This document shows positions 18,614 to 27,018 of a DNA stretch of 64,000 bases, in pieces. The stretch is from a virus (lineage: Duplodnaviria > Caudoviricetes). The stretch is from positions 1 to 64,000 of IMG/VR virus record IMGVR_UViG_3300017911_000967. One strand, 5' to 3'. Each line of letters begins with the position of its first letter. Position 1 is the first letter of the stretch. Position numbers and translations under genes: made by a program. The notes below the pieces were generated by a model. That model saw nothing but the letters and a program-made list of their open reading frames with translations, was not told where the DNA came from and made no database searches.

Positions 18614-18852
18614 TGGAACTGCAAGGATACATCGACGCAACTTATGAACGATTAGTGGAACGACTGGGAGAACCCAACATCTTTTATGAGTGGACTTTTG
18701 AAGGGTACGACATCTACGGTGAAGAGTTTGATATCACTATCGTCGGACAACACAAGGACACTATAATGTGGCATGTCATGGCGAAAGATCCCTGTGCGAT
18801 GGAGATCGTCGAACAGAAGATTCAACCCGTCTATTGTGAAAAATTAACATAA
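18613..18852 (+). CDS. hypothetical protein
   Basis: LQGYIDATYERLVERLGEP motif. Confidence 0.55.
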   Translation: MELQGYIDATYERLVERLGEPNIFYEWTFEGYDIYGEEFDITIVGQHKDTIMWHVMAKDPCAMEIVEQKIQPVYCEKLT

Positions 18853-18935
18853 AAAAGTTTCAAAAAAGTGTTGACAATCTTCCAGTATTTGATATAATAC
18901 CTGTGTAAATTGAGTTGAGAGAGAGATTAATTATG
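18833..18935 (+). promoter_or_regulatory. early promoter module, copy 2
   Basis: TGTG-N7-AACA, AAAAAAGTTT, TTGACA-N16-TATAAT with extended TG, TGAGTTGAGAGAGAGATTA leader. Confidence 0.85.
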
Positions 18936-19481
18936 ATGAGTTTGATTGAGAAGTATGAAGCCCGTGGTCTCCAGTTGGAGATCGATGAAGCGCGAATCTG
19001 TGCGAAGTGTGTTCGTCCTAGTAAACGTGCTCGTCTTGGTTACAAGATTGAGTTCAACTACCGATACGGCAGTGTCGCTCGCATGTTCGAACACATCGAA
19101 GAGTTCCTTGCGGGTCTCGAACGTGCTGACCAGTGGAAGGAGGAACGCAAGATCGCTCGTGCCGCCGCTAAGGTTGCTGCCCTTGAGTCTGTAAAAGAGG
19201 GTGACATCTACGTCGCGTCTTGGGGTTGGGAACAGACCAACATTGATGCCTACCAAGTTGTCGCCAAGAAGGGTGCGACTGTCACTCTGCGTGAGATCGC
19301 GGTTGCCTCTGTTGAGGGTTCTGAAGGTTTCATGAGTGACCGCGTTGTCCCCGTCAAGGATGAGTTCATCGGTAAGGAGTTCAAGAAGCGAATCACTGGT
19401 AAGTACATCAAGATCGACGATGTGCGAAGTGCGAGTCCTGCCGAAGAAGGCAAAGAGTTCTACCGCAGTTGGTACGCGTAA
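18933..19481 (+). CDS. hypothetical early protein
   Basis: GDIY.ASWGWEQTNID.YQVV phage motif. Confidence 0.7.
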   Translation: MMSLIEKYEARGLQLEIDEARICAKCVRPSKRARLGYKIEFNYRYGSVARMFEHIEEFLAGLERADQWKEERKIARAAAKVAALESVKEGDIYVASWGWEQTNIDAYQVVAKKGATVTLREIAVASVEGSEGFMSDRVVPVKDEFIGKEFKKRITGKYIKIDDVRSASPAEEGKEFYRSWYA

Positions 19482-19642
19482 TGACTTTCCGTCACTGGTG
19501 TTGCCAGAAGTGGTTCGAACATAGAGAAGAGATTGAGGGGATCACTGGTCGATTACCCGACTACACCTCAATCGATTATTTTGGAATGTATAAGTGGTGG
19601 TTAAAGAGAGAGTACTGCCACGAAATGAAAGGAGAGAAGTAA
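19481..19642 (+). CDS. small hypothetical protein (53 aa, MTFRHWCCQKWFEH...YKWWLKREY)
   Basis: Manual translation; TAATG junctions at both ends. Confidence 0.6.
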   Translation: MTFRHWCCQKWFEHREEIEGITGRLPDYTSIDYFGMYKWWLKREYCHEMKGEK

Positions 19643-19866
19643 TGGAATTTGTAGCAAAACCCCAACTAACTAACCGTCTATACACTGAGACCTTCGATAA
19701 CCTGAAGGACGCTGTTGACTACCTTAACGAGTTCAACAACCTTGGTGATGAGGAGGGTGGTTTGCCCCGTCTCAAGGCAGAGGACTTCGCCCTTGTCGGT
19801 AAGTTGTCGACCCCTACAGGGTTCTACTACCGCGAGAACAAATTGATGGAAATGGGAGTTAAGTGA
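19642..19866 (+). CDS. hypothetical protein (MEFVAKP...)
   Basis: AAGGAG RBS. Confidence 0.55.
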   Translation: MEFVAKPQLTNRLYTETFDNLKDAVDYLNEFNNLGDEEGGLPRLKAEDFALVGKLSTPTGFYYRENKLMEMGVK

Positions 19867-20075
19867 TGACTGCATGGTATGCACGTGGTGAGGTGGGTGA
19901 GTATCTTCGAGATCTTTTTGATTCGTTGATTGACGATATGATCTCGCCTGAGGTTGTGGTCGAGTGTATGCAATCGCTCGGCATGACTGAGTCTGAGATT
20001 CGCGAGGCACTTGAGGATGAGATCGATTCTCTCAAGGGGTTTGACGAAGTCGTTCCAGAAGTAACGGTGCACTAA
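19866..20075 (+). CDS. small acidic hypothetical protein
   Basis: Operonic ORF. Confidence 0.5.
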   Translation: MTAWYARGEVGEYLRDLFDSLIDDMISPEVVVECMQSLGMTESEIREALEDEIDSLKGFDEVVPEVTVH

Positions 20076-20566
20076 TGAACGTCGCAGAGAACGTATTGAT
20101 CGAAAACTCGCCCAGTTTCGCATTGTCGGACTACACGTTTCGCGTTGCGGAGGCTCTGGGTGTTAATCGCCTTGGTGGTTACGTCAAGGTCAGGTTCGAG
20201 GAAGAGGACATCACCCATTTTTCCGCAGAGGCGGACGGGACTGAAGACCGCGTCGACCTAACCGTCCGCCTGGATGGAGAGATTACCGACGATCAGGTCA
20301 AGGTGCATATCGCACATGAGATGATCCACGCGGTACAAATCCTCACTGGGAGACTTATACATATTGGTCTCACATGGTGTGAGAACGCACACGGGATCGT
20401 CTACAAACATATTTTTGATGGCAAGGAATATGTCAACGTCAAGTACGCTGATCAACCTTGGGAACTAGAGGCATACTCCTATGAAGAAGAAGTCTACAAC
20501 GCGGTCGAATCCGGTAGCGAAGCACTCGCACAAATTCAATCGGCCATCCACCCACGTCGACCGTAA
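20075..20566 (+). CDS. HExxH metallopeptidase-like protein
   Basis: IAHEMIHAVQ...Y..QPWELEAY. Confidence 0.7.
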   Translation: MNVAENVLIENSPSFALSDYTFRVAEALGVNRLGGYVKVRFEEEDITHFSAEADGTEDRVDLTVRLDGEITDDQVKVHIAHEMIHAVQILTGRLIHIGLTWCENAHGIVYKHIFDGKEYVNVKYADQPWELEAYSYEEEVYNAVESGSEALAQIQSAIHPRRP

Positions 20567-20629
20567 GAAAGAGGTGAAGAAACGAGGTTACCCTCAAGAC
20601 CTTCTTTACCCCAACAACGAACACTCGTA

Positions 20630-20812
20630 ATGCCAATCGAAGATCAGTACATTCAGGAAGCACTCGACCACGCAATCGCCCAGACCTTCATGGGGGCTGT
20701 GGATTGGGCGAAGGTGATCGACTTTCTGCGTGAGAAGTATCCGCACATGGACACGGAGTATCTGTTTATGATCGCAAACCGTGCTCGATTTCAGTACGAT
20801 AAATTTTCTTGA
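20630..20812 (+). CDS. hypothetical protein
   Basis: ORF track; operon context. Confidence 0.45.
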   Translation: MPIEDQYIQEALDHAIAQTFMGAVDWAKVIDFLREKYPHMDTEYLFMIANRARFQYDKFS

Positions 20813-20837
20813 CACACACCATTGAATAAGGTATACT

Positions 20838-21065
20838 ATGCAGGTTTCTAAAGAAGAACGATACGCGATGATTCGTCGAGCAGCGCTCAAGATTCAGAAG
20901 CGTGGTAAGGTTTCACGTGCGAACGATGAGTTAGCGCGTGAGGTGATTGCTCTTGATGAGCAAGATTGTAAGTCCAATATTTCTTGGACTGACACAGATC
21001 GGTATGTAGCAACATACTACTCCGATGTTTATGAAGCAAATGTCCAACCAGAGGAATGGAGCTAA
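20838..21065 (+). CDS. hypothetical protein
   Basis: AAGGT RBS; operon context. Confidence 0.55.
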   Translation: MQVSKEERYAMIRRAALKIQKRGKVSRANDELAREVIALDEQDCKSNISWTDTDRYVATYYSDVYEANVQPEEWS

Positions 21066-21358
21066 TGGCAGTAACACAACCCGAAAATCTGATCGATCTC
21101 GGTCAGTATCCACAGAACGATGTGGAGTTAATCACACGTGAGTATATGCGCATTGCATATGTCGAACTCTTACAGGAGTTCGGTAAGACTTACGCGGAAC
21201 GTGATGAGTCGGATACAGAACGCGAAAACGTTCTGAAAACACTTGAAGCGTTTGAACACACTATCGCAGTTCTCGATCAGAGTGAAGAATTCTTAGAGTT
21301 CGTCCACAGTGATGAGGAAGATGAGCCATCTGAAGATGAAGAATTCGAACGATTCTAA
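21056..21358 (+). CDS. acidic hypothetical protein
   Basis: ORF track; D/E-rich. Confidence 0.55.
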   Translation: MELMAVTQPENLIDLGQYPQNDVELITREYMRIAYVELLQEFGKTYAERDESDTERENVLKTLEAFEHTIAVLDQSEEFLEFVHSDEEDEPSEDEEFERF

Positions 21359-21368
21359 GGAGGCAACA

Positions 21369-21617
21369 ATGTCCTATGATAACATCGTAGAACAGTTGCG
21401 TAACAACGTATTGGAAGTGACATTCACAAAAGTCAACGGTGAGGAACGCGTAATGCCTTGCACCCTGTTGACTGAGTATATGCCACGTCCAGAACAGGCA
21501 GAGTCTGCGACATCACTCGCAAACACGTCTGTGATACGTGCGTTCGCAATCGACAAACAAGCGTGGCGGTCGTTTCGTGTAGACAACGTCACTAACATTG
21601 AGGTACTGAATGGTTGA
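21369..21617 (+). CDS. WYL_2/DUF2693-like SH3 beta-barrel protein
   Basis: VTFTKVNGEERVMPCTL...WRSFRVDNV; AAGGAGG RBS. Confidence 0.75.
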   Translation: MSYDNIVEQLRNNVLEVTFTKVNGEERVMPCTLLTEYMPRPEQAESATSLANTSVIRAFAIDKQAWRSFRVDNVTNIEVLNG

Positions 21618-21855
21618 AGGTAACGAGAATCCAGAGGAAAACTTCCTAACTAAGAAGTCATTCTCTCAGATGATCGAGACCTTCGTCTATCAGAACCGTA
21701 TGTCCTACATGGACAGTATCGTTCACCTATGTGAAAAGAATGGTCTGGAACTGGAGGATATCAAAAAGTACCTGTCTCCGACCATTGTCGAGCATCTGGA
21801 GAATGAGGCGCGTCAGTTGAACTTCCTACCGAAGCAAAACTCACTTGACGTATAA
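21610..21855 (+). CDS. 33: late-transcription coactivator gp33
   Basis: FS..IE......SY.D.IV..CE.N.LE...EA..LNFL; lies directly upstream of gp32. Confidence 0.85.
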   Translation: MVEGNENPEENFLTKKSFSQMIETFVYQNRMSYMDSIVHLCEKNGLELEDIKKYLSPTIVEHLENEARQLNFLPKQNSLDV

Positions 21856-21920
21856 ATATACATGCCCTAGAGGCGATTTCATATTTCAGTTTATATTTTA
21901 GTTTATACAAGGTAGATATT
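21851..21920 (+). promoter_or_regulatory. late promoter plus U-rich gene 32 leader (putative autogenous operator)
   Basis: TATAAATA at 21851; tandem ATATTT(C/T)AGTTT repeats before the RBS. Confidence 0.6.
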
Positions 21921-22868
21921 ATGTCTTTTGCAAATCTCAAGTCCAAATCTATGGACATCTCAAAATTGGTCAACGCTGCGACAGAAGCGGCGGGTCAGAC
22001 CACCAACACCAACAAGTATCAAGACGACCGAAAGTGGAAACCAACTGTTGATGAACAGGGTAACGGCTACGCTGTAATTCGTTTCCTTCCCCCAGCAGAT
22101 GGTCAAGACCTCCCTTGGGTCCGTTACTGGGATCACGCGTTCAAAGGTCCAACCGGACAGTGGTACATCGAACGATCACTCACAACCCTTGGTCAGAACG
22201 ACCCAGTCGGTGAGTTGAACTCGCGCCTATGGAACTCAGGTATCGAAGAGGACAAGGAAACCGCACGTCGTCAGAAACGTCGTCTACACTACGTCACAAA
22301 TATCCAAGTGATCAACGATCCCGCGAACCCAGCGAACAACGGTAAGGTGTTCATCTACGAGTTCGGTAAGAAGATCTTTGACAAGATCATGGATATGATG
22401 CAACCCGAATTCCCAGGCGAGGAGCCGGTGAATGTATTTGACTTCTGGAGTGGTGCAGACTTCGAACTGAAGATCCGCAACGTTGCAGGGTATCGTAACT
22501 ACGATAAGTCAGACTTCAAATCTCCGACCCCACTTGCTGGTGCTGATGAGACAAAACTCGAAGCAATCTACAATACGTTGTACGACCTCAATGAGTTCAT
22601 CGTTCCCAACTACCCTAATGCACACGATGCAAACTGGTTCAAGTCATATGATGACCTGAAGGCCAAGTTGGAGACTGTATTGGGTCTCGCTACAGGTGCG
22701 GGTGCAACAGTACGCAACGAAGCAGTTGCTACTGCGGAAGAGGCACCACCTTGGAATACTGCGGATGAACCAACTATCGTCACCGCCGCTCCTGCGGTTT
22801 CTCCTGCGGTTGCTGAAGAGGCAGATGATACGTTGTCGTACTTTGCACAGATGGCAGCGGAGGATTAA
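21921..22868 (+). CDS. 32: single-stranded DNA-binding protein gp32
   Basis: GNGYAVIRFLP, HAFKGPTGQWYIE, FGKKIFDKI, NYDKSDF, acidic tail ending LSYFAQMA. Confidence 0.96.
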   Translation: MSFANLKSKSMDISKLVNAATEAAGQTTNTNKYQDDRKWKPTVDEQGNGYAVIRFLPPADGQDLPWVRYWDHAFKGPTGQWYIERSLTTLGQNDPVGELNSRLWNSGIEEDKETARRQKRRLHYVTNIQVINDPANPANNGKVFIYEFGKKIFDKIMDMMQPEFPGEEPVNVFDFWSGADFELKIRNVAGYRNYDKSDFKSPTPLAGADETKLEAIYNTLYDLNEFIVPNYPNAHDANWFKSYDDLKAKLETVLGLATGAGATVRNEAVATAEEAPPWNTADEPTIVTAAPAVSPAVAEEADDTLSYFAQMAAED

Positions 22869-22871
22869 TCA

Positions 22872-23132
22872 ATGGATGCAAATACCATCATTCTAGTGCT
22901 TGCGGTATTAGTCGCGGCTGGTTTGGTTTATCGATCAGTCTCAAGTAAACCTGAGAAGACTAATGGAGAAGGTGGCATTTCGCCTTCTCCAGAAGTACCA
23001 GATCTTGTTTCAGAACTTAATTCTATGACCAAGGCAGAGTTACTTGAATCTGCTGAACTGAACGATATTGTTGTTCGTAAGTCTTGGAGTAAATCGAGGA
23101 TTATGACTGAGATTGAAACTCATCTGAAGTAA
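22872..23132 (+). CDS. membrane-anchored protein with HeH/Rho-N-like domain
   Basis: N-terminal TM; LNSMTKAEL...A....I.....K. Confidence 0.5.
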   Translation: MDANTIILVLAVLVAAGLVYRSVSSKPEKTNGEGGISPSPEVPDLVSELNSMTKAELLESAELNDIVVRKSWSKSRIMTEIETHLK

Positions 23133-23138
23133 AATTGA

Positions 23139-23160
23139 GGGGACCGAAGTCCCCTTTTTT
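23139..23160. terminator. terminator between convergent units
   Basis: GGGGACCGAAGTCCCC plus T tract (UUCG loop on the - strand). Confidence 0.85.
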
Positions 23161-23164
23161 ATGC

Positions 23165-24826
23165 TTATGAGGTACCTGCCGAGAACGGATCGACTGGAGT
23201 CAAACCACCAGTGACCATTGCATTAGAACCACCTATATTATTGGTAGTTGATGACGGTGCGACCACTGTTGTACCACCGCCGACCGCAGTTGTTTGTGCG
23301 AGTTGCGCTTGACCTTGGGCTAACTGGGATCCTCGTGTAGGTGGTATCGCAGACACACCCGATCCAGTAGATCCAGACGATGTCTTGATGTTCCCTACGG
23401 TCGCTTGTCCTTCCGCCCCTTTGACAAATTCTGAGATCTCATCCGGTGTCTCTGGTTTGCCCATAATCGCCTTTGCCAGTGCACCGGCGATTTGTTCACC
23501 GAAGAACGCACCACCAAAACCACCTAGTAGACCCCCGGCAACCGTTCCAACGCCTGGGAATATCATAGTACCTAGTGCACTACCCGCGATTGCACCAAGA
23601 GTACCACCACCTAGACCACCAAGCGCTTCTGCTACTTTTTGAGTTTTAACATCTGCTGGATCATCGCCTGCAACAATCGATGCAATGGTTCCCGCCGCAA
23701 GGAGTTGACCAAGGATAGGGATTCGTTTCCCTAGAGCGCCCAGTTTACCCATGATGAATGATCCAGTCTTGGATAGACCCTTCATCGGTTTGCTCTTACC
23801 CGCGAGTTTTGCGTCTGCCTTCGCCTGTTTGTTTGTGGTTGTCGTAGAGTCTCTACCTGTCACACCGCGCAGTCCCGCATCTGCCTTTGCAACAGACACC
23901 GCCTTACCTTTCAAGTCAGTGATCGCACCATCCGTACCGACTTTTAATCCGCGTTCTGCAAGACCCGCTAACTGTTTTTTGTTAAGGTTCTTCGCCATGT
24001 TAGTCTGGACTTGCTTAGCGTCCATACCAGATCGTTGAGGAACTGCACTCTTTGCCTTGTCCCCTTGAATCTTATTCATCAACCCCTTGCTTGCATTAGC
24101 GACCTTGTCTCTCATTGCGAAAAGACCTTTGTTGATGGTGCCGGTGAAGTTACGGAATGTTCCACCTAATACTGCGAGGGTGGTTCCTAGTTGCGGTACC
24201 GATTCTGTAAACGCATCCATGTCACCGTCAAGTACGGCGTTGATTGCGTCGAGGGTTCCGCCGAATCCCCTGTTCATGGTGTCAATGATTTCTTTACCAC
24301 TAGGGACTGCAAACTCGATTTTCTCGAACAGTGCTTTTGCACCCTCACCGATCTTGCCGACGATCTCGCCCGCCTTTGCGAAGTTCTCACCACTCGTAAA
24401 TGACGCGATTGCAGTACCAAACGCACCTGCAAGGAGACCACCACGTGCGAGACCTAACAGACCGGAACCCGGCCCCATACCCATCCCTTTACGCATCTTA
24501 CCGAACATGCCAGGCTTACCGGAACCATTTTTCGACGCTTCTTTCGCTTTCAGCGCAGCTTCACGCTTCCTTTCAGCCTCTTCGAGTTCCTTTCGGTTTA
24601 TCTCATCGATCGCGTCAACTTCTGATTGTTTCCTTGCCGCTTCTGCCGCTGCAGCAGCTTCTTGATCGCGTTTCGCCTGTTCCGCAGCGTTTTTCGCCAT
24701 CTCTGCAACGATCGCAGCGTTACTCGCAGCGAGTTGGTTCAGTATAGCAGTCTGTTCCGCCTGCGTTTTTTCTTGGTTCGCGTTCTGGGCGTTCAGAGTA
24801 TCGGTAACGTTGTCAAGTGTCGCCAT
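23165..24826 (-). CDS. tape-measure-like / baseplate hub protein (gp29 analogue)
   Basis: 553 aa; Ala/Gly-rich helical, coiled-coil N-terminus, Gly-zipper hydrophobic segments; follows gp26/gp51. Confidence 0.6.
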   Translation of the reverse strand: MATLDNVTDTLNAQNANQEKTQAEQTAILNQLAASNAAIVAEMAKNAAEQAKRDQEAAAAAEAARKQSEVDAIDEINRKELEEAERKREAALKAKEASKNGSGKPGMFGKMRKGMGMGPGSGLLGLARGGLLAGAFGTAIASFTSGENFAKAGEIVGKIGEGAKALFEKIEFAVPSGKEIIDTMNRGFGGTLDAINAVLDGDMDAFTESVPQLGTTLAVLGGTFRNFTGTINKGLFAMRDKVANASKGLMNKIQGDKAKSAVPQRSGMDAKQVQTNMAKNLNKKQLAGLAERGLKVGTDGAITDLKGKAVSVAKADAGLRGVTGRDSTTTTNKQAKADAKLAGKSKPMKGLSKTGSFIMGKLGALGKRIPILGQLLAAGTIASIVAGDDPADVKTQKVAEALGGLGGGTLGAIAGSALGTMIFPGVGTVAGGLLGGFGGAFFGEQIAGALAKAIMGKPETPDEISEFVKGAEGQATVGNIKTSSGSTGSGVSAIPPTRGSQLAQGQAQLAQTTAVGGGTTVVAPSSTTNNIGGSNAMVTGGLTPVDPFSAGTS

Positions 24827-24829
24827 GTT

Positions 24830-25018
24830 TTATCCTTGTTGTTTGGCTCGCTCTGCCTTCTCCTGTAAATCATCCACCAGCATCTGAAGGTATATCTCCC
24901 TCTCCCAAGGTATCATGCGTTCAACTTCGTCCAGTGAGTAGTTGAAGTTGTTAAGAAGTTGAAAATTGACCTGATAGTAGTTGATCAGGTTGTCATGAGA
25001 GAGGTTGATTAAAAAAAA
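24830..25018 (-). CDS. 51: gp51-like baseplate hub assembly protein; no initiation codon, probably expressed by -1 frameshift from gp26
   Basis: Manual translation FFLINLSHDNLINYYQVNFQLLNNFNYSLDEVERMIPWEREIYLQMLVDDLQEKAERAKQQG; YSL.E.E.MIPWEREIY motif. Confidence 0.75.
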   Translation of the reverse strand, partial: FFLINLSHDNLINYYQVNFQLLNNFNYSLDEVERMIPWEREIYLQMLVDDLQEKAERAKQQG

Positions 25019-25716
25019 TCATCAATACCGCGCAACTCATGGGTGTTCTTCTTCTTACATGATGTGCACTTGAAGGTGACATCCTGCTTAATCGCTGGTG
25101 CGGTGTTGACAAACTCTGACAATCGGTCGAACTGTTCTGAGGTCATTGACTCCAAGAACTCCATAACAGACTCTTTGGTCTCATCGACTAGATCAATCCT
25201 TTCGTCTTCGGTCAGTACCGCTTCCATGCAGATGATTAGTAGTTCCATCATCCTTTCTGTAACAGACTCACTCTCAACCAATACAGGGTTTGATAAGAAC
25301 TCCTCGTATGTCGGGTATCGCATCTTTACGGACACGGTGTCTGTCACTTCGATGGCAGAGTCTTGTATAGAACCCTCCATCACAATCCCGTCCAGATCCA
25401 CGGTGACTTCGTTGTCTGCACCGCAGTGAGTGCAGGAGATTACGAGGTCTGCGGTCTCACCGACCGACTTTGCACGAATCTTGGTGAACAGGTAATCCAC
25501 ATCAAATGTGGTCAGTTTACTGGTTACAGGTTCTTCCACACACGCGTGGATCGTTCGAACAATCGCACGGACGATGTCCGGTTTTTCCTGTGTCTCATAC
25601 GCTATCAGTAGCGCCTTTTGTTCCTTGACTAGGAAGGGACGAAATGTCGTTTCTTGCCCAGACGAAGGTATAGTCACCGAATAACTCGGCGAGTCATTTA
25701 GTTTTGGTAATGCCAT
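25009..25716 (-). CDS. 26: baseplate hub assembly protein gp26
   Basis: MALPKL..P.Y...IPS.G....FRPFLVKEQK.LL, FDVDYLF.KIRAKSVGE, two CxxC pairs, ends ..FF. Confidence 0.88.
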   Translation of the reverse strand: MALPKLNDSPSYSVTIPSSGQETTFRPFLVKEQKALLIAYETQEKPDIVRAIVRTIHACVEEPVTSKLTTFDVDYLFTKIRAKSVGETADLVISCTHCGADNEVTVDLDGIVMEGSIQDSAIEVTDTVSVKMRYPTYEEFLSNPVLVESESVTERMMELLIICMEAVLTEDERIDLVDETKESVMEFLESMTSEQFDRLSEFVNTAPAIKQDVTFKCTSCKKKNTHELRGIDDFF

Positions 25717-25731
25717 AATGTATCCTAATAA

Positions 25732-26379
25732 TTAAATAATTCCGCCCAGATTGATACCCACATTAGCATCAATCAGGTCCGCAAGTTTACCTCTCGCGTC
25801 TTTCTTCACCGTCCACTTGGTGTACGCAAAGTTCACCTGAAGTTCTACGATCGACCCTTGACTATTCAGACTGATCGCGTTTTGCGTTATTGGGAACGCA
25901 TCTTCTAATTGCACACTGTATATAGAGTTGCCCAATAAATCGAAATTTATGTCAAGTATCCCCAAATCAAATCCCACACGAGCCTGTGGTTTAGACAGTT
26001 GGTGAATTGTGATAGTCTTTGCAAATCCCCCTTCTTTACCGTCCCGTCCTTTCTTCCACTGTATATTTCCAGTCTCTTCGTCAAGCATGTCTGACATCCA
26101 CTTGTCGAAGTATTTTCTTGGACCATAGTCATTGGTCATGTAGAACGACATATTGAGATCTGACGTAGCGAAACCATTTACGACCTTTTCGCTTTGGATT
26201 CCGACGTTCCTATCCAAGGTCAGTATCTGTTTGCCGGGAATTTCCACATCTTTACACAAGACGTTTAAGGTGTCCCCGTTCATACCTGCCATTGGTGGTA
26301 GTTCTACTGCAAAATGATGCGAGAACGCAAAACCGTTCTTGAGACTCACCTTTGATTTTAGTTGTTCTATTCCTGCCAT
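25732..26379 (-). CDS. 54: tail-tube initiator gp54 (tube-fold protein)
   Basis: LC..VEIPG, F..W, L.DAFP, LQVNFAY pattern. Confidence 0.7.
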   Translation of the reverse strand: MAGIEQLKSKVSLKNGFAFSHHFAVELPPMAGMNGDTLNVLCKDVEIPGKQILTLDRNVGIQSEKVVNGFATSDLNMSFYMTNDYGPRKYFDKWMSDMLDEETGNIQWKKGRDGKEGGFAKTITIHQLSKPQARVGFDLGILDINFDLLGNSIYSVQLEDAFPITQNAISLNSQGSIVELQVNFAYTKWTVKKDARGKLADLIDANVGINLGGII

Positions 26380-26382
26380 GCG

Positions 26383-26982
26383 TTAGTCGCCTATCATACT
26401 TTTCGAGTCGGAGTATACCTTCTGGTTACTCGCGTATCGGAAATCTGCTGTTGGTAGAAATGTTGCGATCTCCCACTCAGGGGCGGGAACTAACGCGAAC
26501 TTACCTTCAACGTGTTTGTTCAGATAGTGTTTAAAACACGGTCTGAAGTGTTTAAGTTTTGCGGTCTTGGTCAAGAGTTGATAGGACGCTCTGAATCGAG
26601 TCGTCTTGTCGAACTTAGTGTTGTTGGTGATATCCATCAACGCATCCAACATCTTTGCACGTAGTACCGGAGGCAGGTAGTGCAGGTTCAACCCATAGAA
26701 ACCGTCCTTTGCAGGGCCCACCACAATCACCAGTGGGAACGCATCGTAGTAGGGTAGTTTCTTTCGGTCGTTCTTGAACTTGGGATCGTAGAAGAACATG
26801 TACATGTTACCCACGACCTCTTGTCCGGTCTTCTTGAGTGGATCCTCATCCATCAAGTCCTCACGCTTGATACTGCGCATGTTCTTGATCTTGTTTTGAA
26901 ACCATCTGCGGGATTCCTTGGTACGAGGTGTGATACCCGCACGGAACGCCTGTATCTCTAAGTTCTGGAATATCTTAGACAT
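26383..26982 (-). CDS. 2: DNA end protector gp2
   Basis: MYMFFYDPK, LPYYD.FPL, GLNLHYLPP, CFKHYL..HV, W....FLP...F. Confidence 0.92.
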   Translation of the reverse strand: MSKIFQNLEIQAFRAGITPRTKESRRWFQNKIKNMRSIKREDLMDEDPLKKTGQEVVGNMYMFFYDPKFKNDRKKLPYYDAFPLVIVVGPAKDGFYGLNLHYLPPVLRAKMLDALMDITNNTKFDKTTRFRASYQLLTKTAKLKHFRPCFKHYLNKHVEGKFALVPAPEWEIATFLPTADFRYASNQKVYSDSKSMIGD

Positions 26983-27010
26983 GAGACCCTTGTCCTAAAA
27001 CCTGTCTCTC

Positions 27011-27018
27011 TATTTATA
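27011..27018 (-). promoter_or_regulatory. late promoter for gp2
   Basis: TATAAATA on the - strand. Confidence 0.7.

Noticed and set aside
19530-19575. Hairpin GATTGAGG...CCTCAATC as a candidate ncRNA
   Set aside because: Lies inside a plausible 53-aa ORF (19481-19642) coupled to both neighbours
20809-20840. TTGACA-N17-TATACT as a leaderless promoter for the ORF at 20838
   Set aside because: The ATG abuts the -10 box, so transcription would start inside the ORF; the ORF has its own SD. It may serve downstream genes but this is unsupported
23385-24868. Plus-strand ORFs opposite the tape-measure-like gene
   Set aside because: Antisense shadows of an Ala/Gly-rich gene
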